Assembly: GCA_964412195.1 (NCBI GenBank)
Contig: CAYPNP010000010.1
Coordinates: forward strand, 34,166 to 98,165
Origin: an uncultured Acidobacteriota bacterium
Lineage (GTDB): Bacteria > Acidobacteriota > JAAYUB01
Length of the DNA: 64,000 bases
Direction of reading: 5' to 3'
Position numbers and translations under genes: made by a program. Each line of letters begins with the position of its first letter. The stretch's first letter is position 1. Positions 1 to 9,361 of this stretch are shown here, piece after piece. The notes below the pieces were generated by a model, which did not search any database, had not been told where the DNA came from, and worked only from the letters and a program-made list of their open reading frames with translations.

Positions 1-102
1 CTTCGCCTGGGGTCCTTTCCACGAGTACGTGGTGGAGCAGTGGTCCGCCCAGGCCGCCCCGCCGGCTCCGGAATTGGCCGTCTCGATGTAGGGGGGAAAC
101 CG

Positions 103-2067
103 ATGTGCGGTATCTCCGGCATCTTCGGTGACGAGGGGCTCGAGCCTTCGAGCCGCCGGGAAACCCTGGAGGCCATGAACGAATGCATGGCCTTCCGGGG
201 CCCGGATGAGCGCGGCACCTGGGTGGGGCCGGGAGCCGGCCTGGGCAATGTGCGCCTCAGCATCGTCGACCTCACCCACGGCCGCCAGCCCATGCACAGC
301 GAGGACGGAACGGTGCACATCGTCTTCAACGGAGAGGTCTACAACCACCCGGAGCTCCGGCGGGAGCTGGAGTCGAAGGGGCACCGGTTCCGGACCAGCT
401 GCGACACGGAGGTGCTCCTCCACCTTTACGAGGAGGAAGGTACCGATTTTGTCGACAAGCTCAACGGCCAGTTCGCGTTCCTCATCTGGGACGCGCGGCG
501 CCGGCAGCTGTTCGGCGCGCGGGACCGCCTGGGCGTGCGGCCGATCTTTCACCACGCCGCCGACAGCCGGCTGATCGTCTCCTCCACCATCCGCGGGATC
601 CTGGAGACGGGCCTGGTGGACACCGCCCTGGACACCCGGGTCATCCGGGACGTCTTCACGTTCTGGGTCCCGCTGCCCGGGGAGACCGTGTTCCGCGGCA
701 TCGGCGAGATCCCCCCGGGGCACACGTTCACCTGGTCCCCAGCCCGCGGGCTGGAGATCCGCCGATATTGGGACATGCGCTTCCCGGCCGCCGGCGACCT
801 GCCACCGCTGGACCGGAACATCCAGGGCCGGCTGCGGGAGGAACTGCTGGACCTCCTGCGGGACGCCGTCCGGCTGCGGCTCCGGGCGGACGTGCCGGTG
901 GGCGCCTACCTGAGCGGCGGGATCGACTCTTCGCTCATCGCCGCGCTGATCCACGAAGTGCATCCGTTCCCGCTGTGCACCTTCTCCATCGGTTTCGAGG
1001 AACCGGGTCTGGACGAGACCCGGTATCAGGACATCATGGTGGCCCAGCTGGGCACGAACCACCGCCGGACGGTCATCACCTCCGCCGAAGTCGCGGGCCG
1101 CTTCGAGGAAGTGGTGCGCCATTGCGAGGTGCCGCTGCTCCGCACGGGGCCGGTTCCCATGCTGTCGCTCTCCCGGCTGGTCCGGGAGAGCGGATTCAAG
1201 GTGGTGCTGACGGGAGAAGGCGCGGACGAGTTCTGCGCCGGGTACAACATTTTCAAGGAGAACCTGGTCCGCCGATTCTGGGCCCGTCAGCCCGATTCGA
1301 CGCGGCGGCCCCGCCTGTTCGAGCGTCTCTATCCGTTCATGGGCGAACGCACGAGGCGATCCGGCCTTTTCTGGTCCCGGTTCTTCGCCCGGGGGCTCCA
1401 GGACACCCACGATCCCTTCTACTCCCACCGAATCCGCTGGACTGAAGGCGCCACCCTCGGCCAGTACCTCCGGGAGGATCTCCTGGATGAACCGTGGGAC
1501 GGGTACGATCGGCTGATGGCGATGCTGCCCATGGAGTTTTCGGGCTGGCACCCGCTGGGGCAGGCCCAGTACCTGGAAGCCCTGCTCTTCCTGCCCGGCT
1601 ACATCCTGTCCTCCCAGGGAGACCGGATGATGATGGCCCACAGCGTCGAGGGGCGGTTCCCCTTCCTGGACCACCGCCTGGTGGAATTCCTCAACGGCCT
1701 CCACCCGAGGGCCAAGCTCTCCGGGCTCCAGGAAAAGCAACTGCTCAAGCGGGCCGCCGGGGGCCGGATCCCGCCGGAAATCATCGCCCGCCCCAAGCAG
1801 CCGTACCGCGGCCCGTTCATCGCCGACGCGATCCTGGGCAATGGGGGCGGGCCGGCCGCGGAGGTGATCTCCGCACCCGCTCTGGCCGACAGCGGACTGT
1901 TCGCGCCGGACGTGGTGAACGGCCTGACGAAAAAGGTCCGGGACATGGGGGCCGCGAGGACCGGCAACCGGGATATCATGGCGTTCCTCGGCATCCTGTC
2001 CACCCAGGTCCTGTGGCGATATCTGGCGGAGGCGCGGCGGTCCGGATTGCGGCTCCGGTCGGCCTGA
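103..2067 (+). CDS. Asparagine synthetase (glutamine-hydrolysing) family amidotransferase, EPS-locus associated type
   Basis: The protein begins MCGISGIF, with Cys directly after Met as in Ntn class II glutamine amidotransferases. An SGGIDSS PP-loop lies in the synthetase domain. Length is about 655 aa. Start set at the MCGI Met (residue 22 of ORF 40..2067). Confidence 0.85.
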   Translation: MCGISGIFGDEGLEPSSRRETLEAMNECMAFRGPDERGTWVGPGAGLGNVRLSIVDLTHGRQPMHSEDGTVHIVFNGEVYNHPELRRELESKGHRFRTSCDTEVLLHLYEEEGTDFVDKLNGQFAFLIWDARRRQLFGARDRLGVRPIFHHAADSRLIVSSTIRGILETGLVDTALDTRVIRDVFTFWVPLPGETVFRGIGEIPPGHTFTWSPARGLEIRRYWDMRFPAAGDLPPLDRNIQGRLREELLDLLRDAVRLRLRADVPVGAYLSGGIDSSLIAALIHEVHPFPLCTFSIGFEEPGLDETRYQDIMVAQLGTNHRRTVITSAEVAGRFEEVVRHCEVPLLRTGPVPMLSLSRLVRESGFKVVLTGEGADEFCAGYNIFKENLVRRFWARQPDSTRRPRLFERLYPFMGERTRRSGLFWSRFFARGLQDTHDPFYSHRIRWTEGATLGQYLREDLLDEPWDGYDRLMAMLPMEFSGWHPLGQAQYLEALLFLPGYILSSQGDRMMMAHSVEGRFPFLDHRLVEFLNGLHPRAKLSGLQEKQLLKRAAGGRIPPEIIARPKQPYRGPFIADAILGNGGGPAAEVISAPALADSGLFAPDVVNGLTKKVRDMGAARTGNRDIMAFLGILSTQVLWRYLAEARRSGLRLRSA

Positions 2068-2129
2068 GCGGGGGCCGGGAATTCGACCGAACGACGGACG
2101 ACAATCAAGGAGAGAGGAGGCGGCGCGAG

Positions 2130-2390
2130 ATGGAAATCCGGCAAACGCTCCGGCAGTACATCCAGGACAACTTCATGATGGGGCTTTCTTCCCAGGCGAT
2201 CGGCGACGACGACTCGCTGCTGGACAACAATGTCATCGACTCCACCGGCGTCCTCGAGCTGATCGCGTTCCTGGAGGAAAAATTCCAGATCAAGGTGGAG
2301 GACGCCGAATTGCTGCCCGAGAACCTGGATAGCATCTCCGCGCTGGCGGGATTCGTCCACCGCAAGCAAGCCATCCTCCGAGAGGCCTAG
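2130..2390 (+). CDS. Acyl carrier protein (small 4'-phosphopantetheine carrier)
   Basis: 86 aa, acidic, with a D-S-T-G motif (VIDSTGVLELI) typical of ACP serine attachment sites. A strong RBS (aggagagaggagg) lies 6-10 nt upstream. The stop TAG is immediately followed by the ATG of the next gene. Confidence 0.75.
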   Translation: MEIRQTLRQYIQDNFMMGLSSQAIGDDDSLLDNNVIDSTGVLELIAFLEEKFQIKVEDAELLPENLDSISALAGFVHRKQAILREA

Positions 2391-3425
2391 ATGCCGGGCG
2401 TTCAGATCCAGTCGTGGCACGAAGCCGAGGCGTGGAATGAACTGGTGCTCGGGCAGCCCGACGCAGCGATCTACCATCGGTACGAGTGGCGGCGCGTGTT
2501 CGAACAGACCCTCCACCTGCCCACCCTGTACCTGGCGGCGCAGCGGGACGGCGTCCTCGAGGGAGTTCTCCCCCTGGTCCGCATGAGGGTGCTGACCGGC
2601 GAGAAAATGCTCATCTCGCTGCCCTTCGTCAATTACGCGGGCATATGCGCCCGCAGCGAGGAGGCCCGGCGCGCGCTCTTCGAGCAGGCCGTGGCGGCCG
2701 CCCGGGACGCGGGTTGCCAATGGATCGAACTCCGGCACGGGCGCGAGACGGCGGGGGACTGGGTGGTCCGGCGGCACAAAGTCCGCCATTTCGTCCCCCT
2801 GGCCGACACCCCCGACCGGATGTGGGAGCGGCTCGGCGCCAAACTCCGCAACCAGGTGGGGAAGTCGATGAAAAACGGCCTGGAGCCCCGGATCGGCGGG
2901 GCGGAGCTGCTGCGCAACTTTTACGGGGTGTACCTCCGGAACATGCGCGCCCTGGGCTCCCCGCCCCTCCCCGCGGCATTCTTTCAGGCCGTCCTGGCGG
3001 AATTCGGCCCGGCAGCCCGGATCTGCCTCGTGGATCTGGGATGCCGCACGGTGGCCGGCGCGGTCCTCCTGGGCAGCGGGCAGGCCCTCGAGATCCCCTG
3101 GGCCGCATCGCTACCCCGCTACCGGCCGCTCGCCCCCGTCATGCTGTTGTACTGGACGGCCATCCGGCACGCCACGGAAGCCGGGTATCGGATTTTCGAC
3201 ATGGGCCGGAGCTCGCCCGGATCCGGCAGCGACCATTTCAAGCGGCAATGGAAAAGCGAGTGCGAACCCTTGCCCTGGCATTATTGGATCCGCTCCGGCG
3301 CCGGCCTCCCCGCGTTCACCGAGGCCGGCGGCCGGCTGGCCCTGCTGCGAACGCTTTGGTCATGGATGCCCATCGTCCTCGTGAAAAACGTGGGCACCCG
3401 CGTGATCCGATACATCCCGGGCTGA
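2391..3425 (+). CDS. FemAB-family / GNAT-fold acyl(aminoacyl)transferase-like protein, EPS-locus type
   Basis: 344 aa with a conserved FKRQW motif and W/E-rich N-terminus, resembling the PEP-CTERM-locus FemAB-related family. Translationally coupled to the upstream ACP. Confidence 0.55.
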   Translation: MPGVQIQSWHEAEAWNELVLGQPDAAIYHRYEWRRVFEQTLHLPTLYLAAQRDGVLEGVLPLVRMRVLTGEKMLISLPFVNYAGICARSEEARRALFEQAVAAARDAGCQWIELRHGRETAGDWVVRRHKVRHFVPLADTPDRMWERLGAKLRNQVGKSMKNGLEPRIGGAELLRNFYGVYLRNMRALGSPPLPAAFFQAVLAEFGPAARICLVDLGCRTVAGAVLLGSGQALEIPWAASLPRYRPLAPVMLLYWTAIRHATEAGYRIFDMGRSSPGSGSDHFKRQWKSECEPLPWHYWIRSGAGLPAFTEAGGRLALLRTLWSWMPIVLVKNVGTRVIRYIPG

Positions 3426-3428
3426 GCG

Positions 3429-4787
3429 ATGACCGATCTGCTGCTGAGACACCCCTCCTCCTGGCCCGATTCGGTGACCGGGGACACCGCCCGCGACGGG
3501 ACTCCCGCCCGCGGGGTGACCTTCTGGGCACTGGTGCTGTACCTGTTCGTCGACTACGTGCGCCCCCAGTCCTTCTTCCCGGCCATCGGAGCCCTCCGGC
3601 CCGGACTGCTCGTGGAGCTGCTCCTGGTCTTTCTCCTGCTCGCCTACCGGGACAAGCGGCCGCTGCCGGCCCCCCTCTGGGGGATGTTCGCCGTGGTGGC
3701 GCTGATGGGGGCGGGCGTGTTCTTTGCCCCCAACCAGTACCATGCATTCTGGACGACCCTGGATATGTTCCTGCGGTTTCTGTGCGTGGTCGTGCCGATG
3801 TACATGTTCCTGGACGACTTGGACAAGCTGGACAGCTTCCTGAACTGGTTCCTGCTGTGCAACGGCTTCATCGCCCTGACGGCGATCTTCCGTCACGGCG
3901 CCGGGAGCGGGAGCTTCCTGGCGGACGAGAACGACTTGTGCATGGCCCTGGATACGGCGCTCCCCCTGGCCATCTTCAAGTTTCTGCGGGCACCGAGCGG
4001 CCTGAAGCGGATCGGTTTCGGCCTCCTGACGGCCCTGTACCTGGCGGCCATCGTGTTCTCCTGGAGCCGCGGGGGGTTCGTGGGCCTGATCGCCGTGCTG
4101 TTCTGGGTGTGGCTGCGCAGCCCCCGGAAGCTGGCGGCGGTCTTGGGAATCATCGTTCTGGCGGCCGGTTTCATCATTCTCACGCCGGCCGCCTACTGGC
4201 AGGAGATGGGCACCATCGACACCGCCATCCAGGGCCGCGAGACGGGGGGAGCCCGGCTGTACTCCTGGGGGCTGGCGATCCGGATGTTCTGGGACCGGCC
4301 TCTCTTCGGATGGGGCCCGCAAGGGTACCCCTATGCCGTCTACCGGTTCCAGGGAGCGGAGCAGTACGAGATGGCCAACGCCCCGATTCAACGCAGCCTG
4401 TGGGGCCGCGTGTCCCATTCCGTCTATTTCACCGTCCTGCCGGAGTTGGGCCTTGCGGGCACGGCCATCTTCATCTGGCTGATCTGGTCCCTGATCGCCG
4501 CCCACCGGACAATCCGGAAGGATTGCCGGAAGTCGCCGCAGGCGGAGACGGAGCCTCCTCCGCCGCGCCTTCCCGGGCCCTGCGAGCGGCTGCTCACGAT
4601 CTCGCTGGGCCTGGACGGGGCCCTCGTAGGCTTTCTGGTCTCGGGGATCTTTCTCTCGGCATTCTATTACCCCCATTTCTGGACGCTGCTGGCGCTGGGG
4701 ATGGCCGCCCGCGCGATCCATCAGCAGCAGGTTTCCGCCCCGCTGCCGGCGGCGCCGACCGGGCAGGAGGCGAAGGCATGGCCCTGA
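3429..4787 (+). CDS. O-antigen ligase / Wzy-like polytopic membrane protein
   Basis: About 10-12 predicted TM helices. A WSRGGFVGL motif region typical of the Wzy_C/O-antigen ligase domain. A periplasmic loop lies between helices. Confidence 0.6.
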   Translation: MTDLLLRHPSSWPDSVTGDTARDGTPARGVTFWALVLYLFVDYVRPQSFFPAIGALRPGLLVELLLVFLLLAYRDKRPLPAPLWGMFAVVALMGAGVFFAPNQYHAFWTTLDMFLRFLCVVVPMYMFLDDLDKLDSFLNWFLLCNGFIALTAIFRHGAGSGSFLADENDLCMALDTALPLAIFKFLRAPSGLKRIGFGLLTALYLAAIVFSWSRGGFVGLIAVLFWVWLRSPRKLAAVLGIIVLAAGFIILTPAAYWQEMGTIDTAIQGRETGGARLYSWGLAIRMFWDRPLFGWGPQGYPYAVYRFQGAEQYEMANAPIQRSLWGRVSHSVYFTVLPELGLAGTAIFIWLIWSLIAAHRTIRKDCRKSPQAETEPPPPRLPGPCERLLTISLGLDGALVGFLVSGIFLSAFYYPHFWTLLALGMAARAIHQQQVSAPLPAAPTGQEAKAWP

Positions 4788-5986
4788 ATCCGGTGCTGCG
4801 CATGGTGCCTCCGGCGGCGTCCGCCTGGTCCTTCCGCGAAGCGGCGGACCTTCTCCGCCCGTCCGGCGCGCGGTTGCCGGGGGCCGGCGAAATCCACCCG
4901 ATCCTGGGGCCGGGCCGGCACCTGGCTTTCTCCTCGGGGCGGGCCGCCCTGTCGTTCCTCCTCCGGCTCCTGCGGGAAAGCGGCGAATGGGGCGACGAGG
5001 TCATTCTGCCGGCGTATTCCTGCTATTCGGTGGCCGCGGCCGCGGTGCGGGCCGGCATGAGAATCCGGCTGTGCGACCTGCACCCCGACACGCTGTCCAT
5101 CGACGCCGGCCCCCTGTCGGAATGGGCCCGGGAAGGCGCCCGGATTCTGGTGGCGCCCACCCTGCTTGGCATCCCGGGCGACCTGGCCGGGCTGGAGGCG
5201 GCCTGCCGGTCGTGCGGCATCTTTCTCATCGATGACGCGGCGCAGTCGATGGGGGCGAAAGTCGGTCACCGGCCGGTGGGATCGTTCGGCCAGGCGGGGA
5301 TTTTCAGCTTTGGCCGCGGGAAGGCCGCCGCCGGCTGGGGCGGGGGCCTCCTCAGCCTGCGGGACGATTCGCTGGGGGACGCGGCGGAGGCGCGCTACCG
5401 GCCGCTGGAAGTCCAATCCGCCGCCGAGACCTGGCGGCAGGGGATGATCCTCCGGCTGGCGCCCCTGCTCCAATCTCCCCGGGTCTTCCGCTGGCTGGCG
5501 TCCCTGCCTTTTCTCCAGATCGGAGCCACGGCCTACGATCCCTCCTTCCCGATCCGCCGGGCCGGGGGAACCATGGAGGGCCGCCTGGCGGCCGCCCTGG
5601 ACGGGTTGGCCGCCCGCAACGGCATTCGGATCCGGAACGCCCAGACCTGGTTCGACCTGCTGGGCGGATTGCCGGTGGACTGCCTCGGCCCCCGGGATCC
5701 GGTCGGAAGCACCGCGATTTTCACGCGGTTCGGAATCCTGTTTCCGGACGGCGCTTCCCGAGCGGAGGCCCTGCGGCGCCTCCGGCCGGCGGGCGTGCAG
5801 GGGACCGGCCTCTACCCCCGAAGCCTCGCCGACCTGCCGGAAATCCGGCCGCACCGGGTGGGCAACGAACCGGTGCCGGCGGCCCGTCGTCTGGCCGAGA
5901 CGCTGCTGGTGCTCCCCACGCACGGCCAGATCCGGGCGGAGGATTTCCAGTCGGCCGCGGCGGCCTTGCGCCGGATGTTCGCATGA
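4778..5986 (+). CDS. DegT/DnrJ/EryC1/StrS-family PLP-dependent sugar aminotransferase
   Basis: The in-frame ATG at 4778 overlaps the previous stop (ATGGCCCTGA). Fold-type I aminotransferase features are present (GxxGDEVILPAYS, the FSFGRGK Lys-containing motif). The 5' 2.3 kb of ORF 2486..5986 is treated as a GC-frame artifact. Confidence 0.7.
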   Translation: MALNPVLRMVPPAASAWSFREAADLLRPSGARLPGAGEIHPILGPGRHLAFSSGRAALSFLLRLLRESGEWGDEVILPAYSCYSVAAAAVRAGMRIRLCDLHPDTLSIDAGPLSEWAREGARILVAPTLLGIPGDLAGLEAACRSCGIFLIDDAAQSMGAKVGHRPVGSFGQAGIFSFGRGKAAAGWGGGLLSLRDDSLGDAAEARYRPLEVQSAAETWRQGMILRLAPLLQSPRVFRWLASLPFLQIGATAYDPSFPIRRAGGTMEGRLAAALDGLAARNGIRIRNAQTWFDLLGGLPVDCLGPRDPVGSTAIFTRFGILFPDGASRAEALRRLRPAGVQGTGLYPRSLADLPEIRPHRVGNEPVPAARRLAETLLVLPTHGQIRAEDFQSAAAALRRMFA

Positions 5987-5998
5987 GGAGCTGAACGG

Positions 5999-7147
5999 GT
6001 GACGGAACCGATCCGCATCTCCCTGGAATGGGCGTTCTGGCTGGCTGCCGGAGGGGCGTTCTACGCATACTTCGGCTACCCGCTGCTGCTGCTGCTGGTG
6101 GGGCACGTCCGTCGCCGGCCGGAACCGGAGCCAGTCGCACTCCCCCGCGTCTCCATCATCATCGCCACCCACAACGAGGCGCACCAGTTGGCGGACAAGC
6201 TGTCCGACACCCTGGCCCTGACCTATCCGCCCGACCGCGTGGAGATCATCGTCGCCGCCGACGGCTCCACGGACGCCACCGCCGAAGTCGTCGGCGGCTT
6301 TGCCCGCCAAGGGGTACGGCTGGTGGAGACCGGCCGCCGCCTCGGCAAGGAAGGCGCACAGAAGCTGGCGCTGCAGCAGGCGTCCGGCGAGATCATCGTC
6401 TTCACGGACGCGGGGACGCGATGCGCACCCGCCACCCTCGAGGCCATGGCCCGGCGCTTCGCGGACCCGGGCGTCGGATGCGTCAGCGGCGTCGACCGCC
6501 ATCTCGAGGCGGGCGCCGCCCACGGCGAAAGCTGGTACCTGCGGTACGAGATGTTCCTGAGGCGGCTGGAAACCCGGGCCGGATCCCTGGTGGGGCTCAG
6601 CGGATCGCTGTTTGCCGTCCGGCGGGAAATCTGCGACCGGTGGAGCGAGGACAAGCCCAGCGATTTTCACGTCGTCCTGGACGCCATCCGCATGGGGTAT
6701 CGCGGCGTCTCCGAACCCGCGGCGATCGGATACTACCGGCCGCTGGCCGAAGAGTCCCGAGAATTCCGGCGCAAGGTCCGCACCGTCCTGCGCGGGATGA
6801 CGGCCTTCTTCCAATCGCTGGACCTGCTGAATCCGATCCGTCACGGCCTGGCGGCCTGGCAGCTGGTCAGCCACAAGCTCTTCCGCTGGCTGGTGCCCTT
6901 CTTCCAGGTCGTCAGCCTCGGAACGGCCGCGGCGCTGGCGCCTCAATCCGCATTCTTCGCCGCCGTCCTCGGACTGCAGCTGGCGTTCTACGCGGCCGCG
7001 CTGCTGGGATGGAAACCCGGCGTCCAATGGCGGGCCTGCCGGGTGCCCTACTGGTTCTGCCTGTTCAACGCGTCCATCCTGGCGGCCTGGATCCAGTTCC
7101 TCCTGGGACGGAGGATCGTGCTGTGGGAACCCACCCGGAGAGAATGA
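5999..7147 (+). CDS. Glycosyltransferase family 2 (membrane-associated)
   Basis: N-terminal TM, then VSIIIATHNE and a DGSTD motif characteristic of the GT2 DXD region. C-terminal TM helices. Confidence 0.75.
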   Translation: MTEPIRISLEWAFWLAAGGAFYAYFGYPLLLLLVGHVRRRPEPEPVALPRVSIIIATHNEAHQLADKLSDTLALTYPPDRVEIIVAADGSTDATAEVVGGFARQGVRLVETGRRLGKEGAQKLALQQASGEIIVFTDAGTRCAPATLEAMARRFADPGVGCVSGVDRHLEAGAAHGESWYLRYEMFLRRLETRAGSLVGLSGSLFAVRREICDRWSEDKPSDFHVVLDAIRMGYRGVSEPAAIGYYRPLAEESREFRRKVRTVLRGMTAFFQSLDLLNPIRHGLAAWQLVSHKLFRWLVPFFQVVSLGTAAALAPQSAFFAAVLGLQLAFYAAALLGWKPGVQWRACRVPYWFCLFNASILAAWIQFLLGRRIVLWEPTRRE

Positions 7148-7150
7148 AGG

Positions 7151-8344
7151 ATGGCCCGACTCCCCGCTTGCCCGAGATTGCCGGATGAGCCCCTTCGGGT
7201 CTGCCACCTGATCAGCGGCGACCTGTGGGCGGGCGCCGAGGTCCAGGCGGCGACCCTGATGGCGGAGCTGGCCCGCCGGGCGGATCTCCGCCTCCGGGCC
7301 ATCCTCTTCAACCGGGGCGAACTGGGCCGTCGCCTGGAGCGGGACGGCATCCCCGTGACGGTGCTCCCGGAATCCGAAATCGGGCTGCCCGGGCTGGTCT
7401 GGCGCTCGCGGAGGATCCTGTCCCGCGAGTGCATCGAGCTGCTGCATGCGCACGGTCACAAGGAGCACCTGGTCGGCGGGCTGGCCGCGCGGCTCGCCGG
7501 CGTCGGCGCGATCGTCCGGACGCACCACGGCAAGGGGATGCTGAACCGCGGGGGCGTGCATCGCTGGGTCGAGGCGGCGGGCGCCCGCTGGTGGACGGAC
7601 CGCATGATCGCCGTGTCCGCGGAACTGGGAGAGTTCCTGCCCGGGCGGCTCCCCTGCCCCGGCAAGATCCGCGTCATCCGGAACGGAATCGCGGCCGGGA
7701 TCACGGAGGCCGGCCCCGCCGCCCCGTCGGCGCGGGCGGGCCTGGGCATCCCCGCGGACGCACCGGTCGTCGGGACGGTCGGCCGCCTGGTGGCGGTGAA
7801 GGGGCACGACCTGTTCCTGCAGGCAGCCGCGCGGATCGCGGCCCGGCGCCCGGAGACCGTGTTCGTCATCGTGGGCGAAGGCCCGATGCTCGCCGAGCTG
7901 CAGGAGCTGGCCGCCCGCCTCGGCGTCGGCCGGCTCCATTGGACCGGATTTCGCACCGACACCCTGGATCTCATGCGCATCTTCGACGTCTTCGTGCTGC
8001 CGTCCCGTCACGAAGGCACTCCCATGGCCCTCCTGGAGGCCATGGGACTCGGCCGGGCGGTGGCCGCCACGGCGGTCGGCGGCGTGCCCGAGGTGATCAC
8101 CGACGGGATCGACGGCCGGCTGGCGCCCCCGGGCGATGTGGAAGCCCTCGCGGCGGTCATCCTGGATCTTCTGGAAAATCCCGACGCCCGGCGGCGGCTG
8201 GGCGAAGCCGCCCCGCGCACAGTCCGCTGCCGTTTCTCGCTGGAACTGTCCGCGGAACAGACCGCCTCGCTGTACCGGGAGCTGGGCCGTCCGGCCGGCC
8301 GCGGCGGCAGCGAGGCCGGCGAAGTACGCCTGGAGCCCCGATGA
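7151..8344 (+). CDS. Glycosyltransferase family 4 (GT-B, RfaG-like)
   Basis: C-terminal EGTPMALLEAMGLGRAVAATAVGGVPEVI motif (E-x7-E) typical of GT4. Confidence 0.8.
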   Translation: MARLPACPRLPDEPLRVCHLISGDLWAGAEVQAATLMAELARRADLRLRAILFNRGELGRRLERDGIPVTVLPESEIGLPGLVWRSRRILSRECIELLHAHGHKEHLVGGLAARLAGVGAIVRTHHGKGMLNRGGVHRWVEAAGARWWTDRMIAVSAELGEFLPGRLPCPGKIRVIRNGIAAGITEAGPAAPSARAGLGIPADAPVVGTVGRLVAVKGHDLFLQAAARIAARRPETVFVIVGEGPMLAELQELAARLGVGRLHWTGFRTDTLDLMRIFDVFVLPSRHEGTPMALLEAMGLGRAVAATAVGGVPEVITDGIDGRLAPPGDVEALAAVILDLLENPDARRRLGEAAPRTVRCRFSLELSAEQTASLYRELGRPAGRGGSEAGEVRLEPR

Positions 8345-8361
8345 ATGAAGAGGGAACTCGA

Positions 8362-9300
8362 ATGAAATTCATGTTTCGGTTCGTCGTGCCGGCCGTCGCG
8401 TTGGCCCTGGCGGCCTGCTCACCCGGCACGGGTCCCACACCACCGACTGGAGACAAGAGAATGGCCCATCCCGCTGGAAACCTTTCGGACTACTCCGACG
8501 CCCCCCCCGCCCAGCCCGTGCCCGTCCTGTTCATCCACCACTCCTGCGGCGGACAGCTGCTCGCGGAAACGGGCCCGGAGACAGGCGACCACTGCATCCA
8601 CCCGACCCATCCCAACGGCGGGGGATTGCGCCGGCTCCTCGAGGAAAACCGGTACGTCGTCCACGAGGCCTCCTACGGGTCCGTCGTGGGCGAGAAGACC
8701 GACATCTGCGACTGGCGGGCCAAATTCCAGGAGCGGATGCCGCAGATCCTCGCCTGCCGGCGGCAGGACGACCTCCTCGACGGGAACACCCGGAACCGGG
8801 TGGTGATCTTCAAGTCCTGCTTTCCCAACAACTGGATCGAGGCGGAAGGCGAGCCGCCGGGAGATCCCGATTCGCCCCGGCGCACCCTCGCTAACTGCCA
8901 GGCGGCCTACCGCGCCCTGTTGGACGTGTTCCGGAAGGAGCCGGGAACCCTCTTCATCGCGATGACCGCCCCACCCCTGGCCGAGCCGGCGGGGGGCCTG
9001 CGGGACTCGCTCAAGATCCTGCTGGGCCGGGAGGACTCCGTCGGGCGGGTCGGCGACCGCGCCCGCCGGTTCAACGCCTGGCTGGCGGATCCCGGAAGCG
9101 GCTGGCTCGCCGGGTATGAGTTGCCCAACGTGGCGGTCTTCGACCTGTACGGCGTGTTGACCGGACACGGCAGCAGCCCCTGGTCGGCGTATCCGACGGG
9201 GAACGGCGCGGACAGCCACCCGAGCGCCGCGGGGAACGCGCTGGCCGCGCGCGAGTTCGTCCCGATGCTGAATCGGGCGGTCCGACGGATGGGAATCTAA
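8362..9300 (+). CDS. Lipoprotein of unknown function (possible SGNH-like esterase)
   Basis: Signal peptide with lipobox LAAC at MKFMFRFVVPAVALALAACS. A C-terminal D-S-H-P motif resembles SGNH block V; there is no clear GDS block I. Start chosen at the signal-peptide Met. Confidence 0.45.
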   Translation: MKFMFRFVVPAVALALAACSPGTGPTPPTGDKRMAHPAGNLSDYSDAPPAQPVPVLFIHHSCGGQLLAETGPETGDHCIHPTHPNGGGLRRLLEENRYVVHEASYGSVVGEKTDICDWRAKFQERMPQILACRRQDDLLDGNTRNRVVIFKSCFPNNWIEAEGEPPGDPDSPRRTLANCQAAYRALLDVFRKEPGTLFIAMTAPPLAEPAGGLRDSLKILLGREDSVGRVGDRARRFNAWLADPGSGWLAGYELPNVAVFDLYGVLTGHGSSPWSAYPTGNGADSHPSAAGNALAAREFVPMLNRAVRRMGI

Positions 9301-9361
9301 CTGGATACGGCGCGGGGCCGGCGGCGGCCGGCTCCGGACCGGGTGAGGCAACAGCAGTTCC

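Noticed and set aside
4721-8011. A 1096-aa minus-strand ORF and other very long ORFs (2486..4777 portion, 9071..10396, 12047..14275, 19466..20845, 22124..23386, 39294..40775, 53830..55593, 57191..58738, 59596..60954, 62399..63814)
   Set aside because: They lie antisense to, or out of frame with, well-supported genes. Their translations are Arg/Pro/Gly-rich low-complexity strings typical of stop-codon-poor alternative frames in 68% GC DNA.
8341-8361. An earlier ATG (MNEEGTR...) as the start of the lipoprotein gene
   Set aside because: It overlaps the GT4 stop and places seven polar residues before the signal peptide. The Met at 8362 begins a canonical lipoprotein signal sequence.
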